From NCBI GenBank assembly GCA_040954595.2, contig CM082587.2, positions 7,119,705-7,183,704 on the forward strand: a DNA stretch of 64,000 nucleotides, written 5' to 3'. The first letter of the stretch is position 1, and each line of letters starts with the position of its first letter. The position numbers and the translations under genes were made by a program. The DNA comes from Balanoglossus misakiensis. Lineage: Eukaryota > Animalia > Hemichordata. This document shows positions 24,830 to 34,678 of this stretch, one piece after another. The notes beneath the pieces were generated by a model that saw only the letters and a list, made by a program, of their open reading frames with translations, ran no database searches and had not been told where the DNA came from.

Positions 24830-25963
24830 CCTGATGATGAAGAGTTGTCTGCTCGACTGGAATGATGTTGCAGTAAGCCTCGGATTCAGTCGGTTTCGGA
24901 TACGGTTTCGAACAGCTGATTTTGACGAGTCGCAGAAGCTCTGTTGCAGGAAAAAAGTTTTGATCACGTTATCTAAACCAATAGAATGCATTTATTTTAC
25001 CGCATAAATTAGTTTCAGTATTAAGTTCATCTATCGTGCATTACAAACAGTAATAACGCCCTCTTGAGGGAGACATTGAGATGATAAAAATGCGTAATTC
25101 TTTCGGGTATGTGTTTCGTATACGTCTTTCGAATGCAAACAATAAACACCAAGGCAATTCTCAAGCTACATACTTGTTATATGCGGTATGGTATGGAGTT
25201 GTTATATGAAGTAAGATTTTATTGACGAAGCCAAGTACAGAAGGGATATACACGACTCTACTAATGATTATTGGTTTCGCATTGTCACTTCCACCTATCT
25301 AGAATGACACCGATAAAGAAATGGCATCGACACCGAGGAGTGAAAGTGAATAAAGGTTATACAGATCACTCTAGTTTTTCACAGAGATTTTATTAGAACC
25401 CTTCTACTCTAGCAGGGTAGGTTTCCTTTCCCTTTATAGTAAAACGCAGTTCAGGATCAACTAGAATTGCATTTGCAACACAAACATCACACCATGAAGC
25501 ATTTTTTCTTCACAGTAGTTACGTTGAGTTTGGAGTTCGCAGCAGATGGGTGAGTGCGTATTACAAAACGTCTCACGGTGGTAGAATCAATAGAAAGGGA
25601 GTCGCTTTCCCAACGAGAACTCAAAAAGTTGACTTATAGGCCTATTTATGAAATTTGGCAGTCGGAAAGAGAAGTTATAATGAAGGATAAACCACAGGGA
25701 ACTTAGTAATCTTGTTGTTGAGAGTGATGCATGACTTTGTGTGATGGTGATTGATGTGGAAGTACAGTTTAAAGACAGACTCAACAACTTTATTTAGCAG
25801 TGTGTGCCGTTTTATTTGTTTCTTTCTGTTGTTATGCACTACGCAAAACACGATATTGTCATGACTACATGGAAAGCAGAAATCACTCGATATACCTTGC
25901 CCCCCTCAATTAATGTCATTAGCGTCCTCTCCCCTTTCAGGAACTGCCAGTCCCTACCTCGAT

Positions 25964-26443
25964 CTAATAGAGAAGGTAGCCCGAAAAGTTAGTATGTTTG
26001 CGATAGCTGTCGCTGTAAAGCTCGTTAAGAAACTGATCAATGTCGGGGAGTATAACATATATCTGCTGGCCTTGGGTGCAGTCGGTGACCAGGTTAATGC
26101 CGATGTGGGCATATGTGTCTTGGCCTTTGGAAGAGCCCGTCGAATAACCAGTGTGCGCGCCGACAATTTCCTCGTCGTCTCTCATCAACCGGACCTGCGC
26201 GTTGTTGTTCACCTTGGACAGAGCGTTGAATGTGAAAACGTAGGTCCCAGTTACCGGACAGGTAAACTTTCCCGTGTCCATATCAAAGGCCGGATTCTGA
26301 ACAAATGCGTGATCATACGTGATCACAACTTTGGTGCCATCCTTTGAGGATAGGTTTGAAGTTCTGGCCACGCCAAAAGCGACAAAGGCGATACTTCCAT
26401 GGATCAGCATGAATGCCATCAGCAGGAACAGTAGAGTCTTCAT
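25964..26443 (-). CDS. Secreted globular-head C1q domain protein, copy 1 (159 aa; single coding exon, non-coding 5' exon near 27270-27330)
   Basis: Signal peptide followed by the gC1q motifs AFGVA, FDMDTGKFTCPVTGTYVFTF, GQQIYV and TNFSGYLL. An acceptor lies just upstream of the ATG and a donor (AAAG|gtaag) at ~27270. Confidence 0.92.
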   Translation of the reverse strand: MKTLLFLLMAFMLIHGSIAFVAFGVARTSNLSSKDGTKVVITYDHAFVQNPAFDMDTGKFTCPVTGTYVFTFNALSKVNNNAQVRLMRDDEEIVGAHTGYSTGSSKGQDTYAHIGINLVTDCTQGQQIYVILPDIDQFLNELYSDSYRKHTNFSGYLLY

Positions 26444-26660
26444 GTTGATCTGAAAAAGAAAAGATGAGACGCGGGCGGTTTATATACGAGCACATCGAAA
26501 ATATGACATTAGAAACCAGGACAGAATATTAATACCGTTCCTGAGCAGAAACACTTTTGAATTCTACGAAGCTCGATTTACATTTTAGAGGATTCAAACC
26601 CAGATCCATCACAACAATTTACGCTGCAAAGCAGGTCCGCGCACCTAAAATACGTATTAA

Positions 26661-27113
26661 AGGGACAAAGTCTCTCTCTCTTAAAGCGTTTTTTTCATGA
26701 CTTTAGTTTGATATGAAATGCTGCTGCTGTTGTTTGACTACTTGAAACATGTTGAAATACAGGTGAACTGCACTCATCTTTACAATGCTTGTAGACAGAC
26801 AAGATTGAACATTCAGTGAAACAATTATGGTCTGTACCATTTATTCACTGTTGAGTCAAATAAAGTCAAAGCAGCTTTTACATACTCTGGAGCTATTAAT
26901 GTTTAATGGGGAAACGAAGTGTTCATTGAAGTAATGTAGTCATTTGGTCTAGAGGTCACGAACATAATTATTTCTTTACATACAACAAAAGGGGTAACTA
27001 TTTTACACGTTGTAAGTCATGAAACACCATTATTTTATACACTGATAATCTTTATACAGGTATTCCATGTATTCGTGATATCAAAAAAGGTCAAACAGAG
27101 AGACTTTGTCTCT
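26661..27113. mobile_element. Kolobok-like element with family B termini and a different interior, in the 5'UTR intron of C1q copy 1
   Basis: TTAA|AGGGACAAAGTCTCTCT...AGAGAGACTTTGTCTCT|TTAA. Absent from the homologous introns of copies 2 and 3. Confidence 0.75.
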
Positions 27114-28642
27114 TTAACTTGTCAGAATTTTTTGAGAGTTGTCAGTAATCTCAATGATTGTCGTGAATACTAAAGAGTCCCGCCTTTCCCCTGCCTAGTG
27201 AGTCAGGTTGGGGTGTCTACGTCTGCTAGAAGTCTTAGAACCAGAACGGTGTATAAGAAAAGTGCTTACCTTTTGATACTGACGGCGGATACCCTGGTTG
27301 GATACGTTAAGGATGTGAAAGAGCTGCTCGCGTCGATGAAATGGTTAAAATTGCACCTTTACGTCAACTTAAATACCATTCTGAAGCTGTCATGTAAACA
27401 TTTCCAAAACTGTCGGTCGCCTACGCGAACTGCGTGTGTCCACACCGCTATCACGCATTTCATTAGCTCAATTCAACTAGAAGTTTTGCTGTCTCTGTGG
27501 GTCAGTTACCAACTGCTGTTCGCGCGTTTTGGTGTCCAGAGAAACTTCCACAATCATCCACGTCAGTTTTGATGATGCAACGTCGCTGTGAAATGAAATC
27601 CACGAAATCAATAACATGTATTTCAATCTTAGAGAAACCTACTTCATAAAATGAACGTGTAGCAACAATTATTTTGTATGATGACACATTTTTAGAAATG
27701 CTCCTCGGATAATAGAAGACAGAATTTGGAGAAGATTTACCCTTTGATCATTCCGGCCTTTCAACACGTGACAGAGAATTAAACACGAATGCTTGTATGG
27801 ATGTTTAATGAAAACATGTGCATCAAATTAATACATCAACTAGAATTTACTGTCTCTGTGGGTTGTTACCAACTGCTGTTCGCGCGTTTTGGTGTCCACA
27901 GAAACTTCCGCAACGCCCACGTCAGTTTTGGATGATGCAACGTTGATGTGAAATGAAATCCATGAACTTCATGAGGGGAATCTTCTTCATAAGGTAATGA
28001 ACATGTAGCAACATTTATTTTGTCATATGATAAACACAGTTTTAAAAAAAATAGAAATACGTACTCCTCGGAAAAAAACTTTTCCCCATATATCATTCTC
28101 TTAAACACAGAGAACACGAATTAATGCCTGTATGAACATCGATATTTATGCAAACATGTGCATCAAATTAATACATCAACTAGAATTTACTGTCTCTGTG
28201 GGTTGTTGCCAACTGCTGTCCGCGCGTTTTGGTGTCCACAGAAACTTCCGCAACGCCCACGTCAGTTTTGGATGATGCAGGGTCCATTGAGGACTGTCTT
28301 TAATGGAGTATGACCCCTTTTAACAGCAGACCTAACCATTACAGTCATTACCTGTCTTGTAATACAAACAGTGGCGCACTAGCGAAGAGTCTTGAAAGTG
28401 AAGACTACAGCTCGTCTTCATCGCCAGCCTTTGCTTTGTGTCCGACACAGGAAGCCCCACTGCACTTCTATAACTGGAAAATAACATACTTATTTTTCAA
28501 TGGGGCTTCGTAAATATCGACCGCACTCCTGATCAGTTATAATTAACTGAACTGCACTAGAAACATTGAGAGAGTGCGTATATTCATGCACTAGTAGAAT
28601 AACAAAAGCCCAGCCTACTCTTTTATACAGAGGGCGCAGTAG

Positions 28643-28849
28643 CGTCCATTTTTGTCGTCTGCCTCCTGGAGGATAGCGCGTTGATAGCCCGACGTTTTCT
28701 TACCCGGAGAATTTTCATATCGCCAAGTACCTGAAAGATTATCGTTGCATATTTTTTGACCCCGTGACCAACTTTCTTCTATCTTCGGACCACAACACAC
28801 AGAGAAAGAACAACATTAACGACAGGGACGATTTGAAGAACACCGCCAT
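28643..28849 (-). pseudogene. Duplicated, truncated and frameshifted copy of DUF5054 exon 1, with its upstream region
   Basis: Near-identical to 24624-24829. It carries one extra base (GTCAAAAAAT versus GTCAAAAAT) and is cut off at the duplication junction. Confidence 0.88.
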
Positions 28850-29982
28850 CCTGATGATGAAGAGTTGTCTGCTCGACTGGGATGTAGTTGCAGTAAGCCT
28901 CGGATTCAGTCGGTTTCGGATTCGGTTTCGAACAGCTGATTTTGACGAGTCGCAGAAGCTCTGTTGCAGGAAAAAAAGTTTTGATCACGTTATCTAAACC
29001 AATAGAATGCATTTATTTTACCGCATAAATTAATTTCAGTATTAAGTTCATCTATCGTGCATTACAAACAGTTAACGCCCTCTTGAGGGAGACATTGAGG
29101 TGATAAAAGTGCTTAATTCTTTCGGGTATCTGTTTCGTATACGTCTTTCGAATGCAAACAATAAACACCAAGGCAATTCTCAAGCTACATACTTGTTATA
29201 TGCAGTATGGTATGGAGTTGTTATATGAAGTAAGATTTTATTGACGAAGCCAAGTACAGAAGGGATATACACGACTCTACTAATGATTATTGGTTTCGCA
29301 TTGTCACTTCCACCTATCTAGAATGACACCGATAAAGAAATGGCATCGACACCGAGGAGTGAAAGTGAATAAAGGTTATACAGATCACTCTAGTTTTTCA
29401 CAGAGATTTTATTAGAACCCTTCTACTCTAGCAGGGTAGGTTTCCTTTCCCTTTATAGTAAATCGCAGTTCAGGATCAACTAGAATTGCATTTGCAAACA
29501 CAAACATCACACCATGAAGCATTTTTTCTTCACAGTAGTTACGTTGAGTTTGGAGTTCGCAGCAGATGGGTGAGTGCGTATTACAAAACGTCTCACGGTG
29601 ACAGAATCAATAGAAAGGGAGTCGCTTTCCCAACGAGAACTCAAAAAGTTGACTTATAGGCCTATTTATGAAATTTGGCAGTCGGAAAGAGAAGTTATAA
29701 TGAAGGATAAACCACAGGGAACTTAGTAATCTTGTTGTTGAGAGTGATGCATGACTTTGTGTGATGGTGATTGATGTGGAAGTACAGTTTAAAGACAGAC
29801 TCAACAACTTTATTTAGCAGTTTGTGCCATTTTATTTGTTTCTTTCTGTTGTTATGCGCTACGCAAAACACGATATTGTCATGACTACATGGAAAGCAGA
29901 AATCACTCGATATACCTTGCCCCCTCAATTAATGTCATTAGCGTCCTCTCCCCTTTCAGGAACTGCCAGTCCCTACCTCGAT

Positions 29983-30079
29983 CTAACCGAGAAGGTAGCC
30001 CGAAAAGTTAGTATATTTGCGATCGCTGTTGTTCACCTTGGACAGAGCGTTGAATGAGAAAACGTAGGTCCCAGTTACA
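29983..30079 (-). pseudogene. Internally deleted C1q pseudogene
   Basis: It retains only the segments for VTGTYVFSFNALSKVN and RKYTNFSGYLLG*. Two deletions relative to copy 1 remove the start codon, the splice acceptor and most of the domain. Confidence 0.85.
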
Positions 30080-31752
30080 TCGAAAATATGACATTAGAAA
30101 CCAGAACAGAATATTAATACCGTTCCTGAGCAGAAACACTTTTAAATCCATTGTGGTCTGTGTTCAGTGGAAAACACAAAAAAGTATGACCCCTTTTAAC
30201 AGCAGGCCTAACCATTACAGCCATTTACCTGCATGCCTTGTAATACAACCAGTGGAGCACGAATGCTTGTAATGAACATCTTATTTCTGTCGTCCTTTTT
30301 CCAAGGAACATTCAATGGATATCATACAAAATAAATGTTGCTACACGTTCATTTATCTAATGAAGACGATTTCCCTATTAAATACATGTTACTAATTTCG
30401 TGGATTTCATTACGTTGCATCATCAAAACTGACGTGGATGATTGTGGAATTTTCTGTGGACACCAAAACGCGCGGACAGCAGTTGGCAACAACCCACAGA
30501 GACAGTAAATTCTAGTTGATGTATTAATTTGATGCACATGTTTGCATAAATATCGATGTTCATACAGGCATTAATTCGTGTTCTCTGTGTTTAAGAGAAT
30601 GATATATGGGGAAAAGTTTTTTTCCGAGGAGTACGTATTTCTATTTTTTTTAAAACTGTGTTTATCATATGACAAAATAAATGTTGCTACATGTTCATTA
30701 CCTTATGAAGAAGATTCCCCTCATGAAGTTCATGGATTTCATTTCACATCAACGTTGCATCATCCAAAACTGACGTGGGCGTTGCGGAAGTTTCTGTGGA
30801 CACCAAAACGCGCGAACAGCAGTTGGTAACAACCCACAGAGACAGTAAATTCTAGTTGATGTATTAATTTGATGCACATGTTTTCATTAAACATCCATAC
30901 AAGCATTCGTGTTTAATTCTCTGTCACGTGTTGAAAGGCCGGAATGATCAAAGGGTAAATCTTCTCCAAATTCTGTCTTCTATTATCCGAGGAGCATTTC
31001 TAAAAATGTGTCATCATACAAAATAATTGTTGCTACACGTTCATTTTATGAAGTAGGTTTCTCTAAGATTGAAATACATGTTATTGATTTCGTGGATTTC
31101 ATTTCACAGCGACGTTGCATCATCAAAACTGACGTGGATGATTGTGGAAGTTTCTCTGGACACCAAAACGCGCGAACAGCAGTTGGTAACTGACCCACAG
31201 AGACAGCAAAACTTCTAGTTGAATTGAGCTAATGAAATGCGTGATAGCGGTGTGGACACACGCAGTTCGCGTAGGCGACCGACAGTTTTGGAAATGTTTA
31301 CATGACAGCTTCAGAATGGTATTTAAGTTGACGTAAAGGTGCAATTTTAACCATTTCATCGACGCGAGCAGCTCTTTCACATCCTTAACGTATCCAACCA
31401 GGGTATCCGCCGTCAGTATCAAAAGGTAAGCACTTTTCTTATACACCGTTCTGGTTCTAAGACTTCTTGCAGACGTAGACACCTCAACCTGATTCAATAG
31501 ACAGGGGGAAAGGCGGGACTCTGACTACTGAAAACTCACCAAAAATACATGTTTTGTGTGCGACTGCTTGCTACGTGTATTGTTGCGATGGGTCTGGGTT
31601 CGAATCCTCTAAAACTTAAGTCGAACTTCGTAGACTTCAAAAGTGTTCCTGCTCAAGAATGGTACTCTGTGATTTTTAATGCCATATTTTCGGTGTGCTC
31701 GTATAAACTGGCCGCGTCTCATCTTTTCTGATCAACATCTTTTCAGATCAAC

Positions 31753-32241
31753 ATGAAAACTCTACTGTGCCTGCTGTTGTCATTCATGCTGATCCATGAA
31801 AATGCCGCTGCCCCCTGTGCTGTGGCATTTGGTGTGGCAAGAACTACACGCCTACACTCCCACGATGGCACCGAAGTTGTGACGTATGACCACGCATTTG
31901 TTCAGAATCCGGCCTTTGATATGGACACAGGAAAGTTTACTTGTCCGGTAACTGGGACCTACGTTTTCACATTCAATGCTGTGTCCAAGGCGGGCAAAAA
32001 CGCGCACGTTCGGCTGATGAGGGACGACGAGGTAATTGTCGCCGCGCACACTGGCTATGGGACGGACTCTTCCAACACAGCTACCGACACGTTTGACCAC
32101 CTCGGCATTAACCTGGTTACCGACTGCACCCAAGGCCAGCAGATCTATGTTCTACTCCCTCGAATTGGCTATTTTCTTAACGAGATTTTCAGCAGCAGCG
32201 TACGCAAATATACTAACTTTTCGGGCTACCTTCTCGGTTAG
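31753..32241 (+). CDS. Secreted globular-head C1q domain protein, copy 2 (162 aa)
   Basis: Same gC1q motifs as copy 1. 5' exon donor at ~31425 and acceptor at 31746. Confidence 0.92.
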   Translation: MKTLLCLLLSFMLIHENAAAPCAVAFGVARTTRLHSHDGTEVVTYDHAFVQNPAFDMDTGKFTCPVTGTYVFTFNAVSKAGKNAHVRLMRDDEVIVAAHTGYGTDSSNTATDTFDHLGINLVTDCTQGQQIYVLLPRIGYFLNEIFSSSVRKYTNFSGYLLG

Positions 32242-34192
32242 ATCGAGGTATAGGGACTGGCAGTTCCTGAAAGGGGAGAGGACGCTAATGACATTAATTG
32301 AGGGGGGCAAGGTATATCGGGTGATTTCTGCTTTCCATGTAGTCATGACAATATCGTGTTTTGCGTAGTGCATAACAACAGAAATAAATAAATAAAATGA
32401 ACACACTGCTATAAAAAATGTTGTGGAGTCTGTCTTGAAACCGTACTTTCACAATCACCATGACACCAAGTCATGCGCACAGGCGTTTGTACAGATCCTA
32501 TGTTGGTATTTTATTGATTGTAAGGTGGCTAAAAACGATAAATCAGCAGCTTAGACGATCTCCCGATTTCGCGTCATATACCCCACTGACACATAAAGAG
32601 ATTATAGAAGTGCAGTGGGGCTTCCTGTGTCGGACACAAAGCAAAGGCTGGCGATGAAGACGAGCTGTAGTCTTCACTTTCAAGACTCTTCGCTAGTGCG
32701 CCACTGTTTGTATTACATGTACACGACATGTAATGACTGTAATAGTTAGGTCTGCTGTTAAAAGGGGTCATACTCCATTAAAGACAGTCCTCAATGGACC
32801 TTGCATCATCCAAAACTGACGTGGGCGTTGCGGAAGTTTCTGTGGACACCAAAACGCGCGGACAGCAGTTGGAAACAACCCACAGAGACAGTAAATTCTA
32901 ATTGATGTATTAATTTGATCCATACAAGCATTCGTGTTTAATGCATGATGTATACGGTGTTGACACATGCAGTTCGCGGGGGCGACTGTCGATTTGGAAA
33001 TGTTCACGTGACAGCTTCAGAATGGTATTTAAGTTGACATAAAGGTGCAATCATATTTTAACCATTTCATCGACGCGAGCAGCTCTTTCACATCCTTAAC
33101 GTATCCAACCAGGGTATCCGCCGTCAGTATCAAAAGGTAAGCACTTGTCTTATACACCGTTCTGGTTCTAAGACTTCTTGCAGACGTAGACACATCAACC
33201 TGATTCAATAGACAGGAGGAAAGGCGGGACTCTTTAATGTACACGACAATTGAGATTACCGAAAACTCACCAAAAACATCTGCCGGGTTATTCAGGTCCG
33301 CACACAAAACATACATATTAACCCACGGCACATTTTTTTTGTGAGTTTTCAAAGAGTCCCGCCTTTCTTCCTGCCTATTGAGTAGTCAGGTTAAGCTGTC
33401 TACGTCTGCAGGAAGAAAAGAGCTTACCTTATACATGGAAACCTACTCAACTTCGCAAGGGCATTCTTGTCTTCAAGACAATTGGCACACACCTGAAATA
33501 TTGTGCAACAGTAGATCAATTCAACTAGAAGTTTTGTTGTTTCTGTGGGTCAGTTACCAACTGCTGTTCGCGCGTTTTCGTGTCCAGAGAAACTTCCTCA
33601 ATCATCCACGTCAGTTTTGATGATGCAAGATCCATTGTGGACTGTGTTTAGTGGAAAACTCAGTTGGAAAAAGTATGACCCCTTAATAAACAGCAGACCT
33701 AACCATTACAGTCATTACCTGTCTTGTAATACAAACAGTGGCGCACTAGCGAAGAGTCTTGAAGTGAAGACTACAGCTCGTCTTCATCGCCAGCCTTTGC
33801 TTTGTGTCCGACACAGGAAGCCCCACTGCACTTCTATAATCTCTTTATGTGTCAGTGGGGTATATGACGCGAAATCGGGAGATCGTCTGAGCTGCTGATT
33901 TATCGTTTTTAGCCACCTTACAATCAATAAAATACCAACATAGGATCTGTACAAACGCCTGTGCGCATGACTTGGTGTCATGGTGATTGTGAAAGTACGG
34001 TTAAAAGACAGACTCAACAACTTTATTTAGCAGTGTGTTCATTTTATTTATTTATTTCTGTTGTTATGCACTACGCAAAACACGATATTGTCATGACTAC
34101 AGAAAGCAGAAATCACCCGATATACCTTGCCCCCTCAATTAATGTCATTAGCGTCATCTCCCCTTTCAGGAACTGCCAGTCCCCACCTCGAT

Positions 34193-34678
34193 CTACTCGA
34201 GAAGGTAGCCCGAAAAGTTAGTATATTTGCGTGCGCTGCTGCCGGCAAGTTCGTTAAGAAACTGGCCAATTTGAGGGAGTAGAACATAGATCTGCTGGCC
34301 TTGGGTGCAGTCGGTAACCACGTTAATGCCGATGTGGTCAAACGTGTTTTGACCTTGTGAAGACTCCATCCCATATCCAGTGTGCGCGCCGACAATTTCC
34401 TCGCCGTCCCTCATCAGCCGAACGTGCGCGTTCTTGTTCACCATGGACAGAGCGTTGAATGTGAAAACGTAGGTCCCAGTTACCGGACAAGTAAACTTTC
34501 CTGTGTCCATATCAAAGGCCGGATTCTGAACAAATGCGTGGTCATACGTCACAACTTTGGTGCCACCGCTGGAGGATAGGTGTGTAGTTCTTGCGACACC
34601 AAATGCCGCAGCACAGGCGGCACTTTCATGGATCAGCATGAATGCCAACAGCAGGCACAGTAGAGTCTTCATGTTCAT
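34193..34678 (-). CDS. Secreted globular-head C1q domain protein, copy 3 (159-161 aa)
   Basis: Same gC1q motifs as copy 1. Two in-frame ATGs (34678 and 34672) follow the acceptor. 5' exon donor at ~34929. Confidence 0.92.
   Translation of the reverse strand: MNMKTLLCLLLAFMLIHESAACAAAFGVARTTHLSSSGGTKVVTYDHAFVQNPAFDMDTGKFTCPVTGTYVFTFNALSMVNKNAHVRLMRDGEEIVGAHTGYGMESSQGQNTFDHIGINVVTDCTQGQQIYVLLPQIGQFLNELAGSSARKYTNFSGYLLE

Noticed and set aside
27198-27572. Repeated 124-aa ORF (also at 31123-31497, with fragments at 33029 and 35894)
   Set aside because: It is antisense to the C1q 5' exon and promoter, is repeated only because of the duplication, is broken in other copies and has no recognisable domain.
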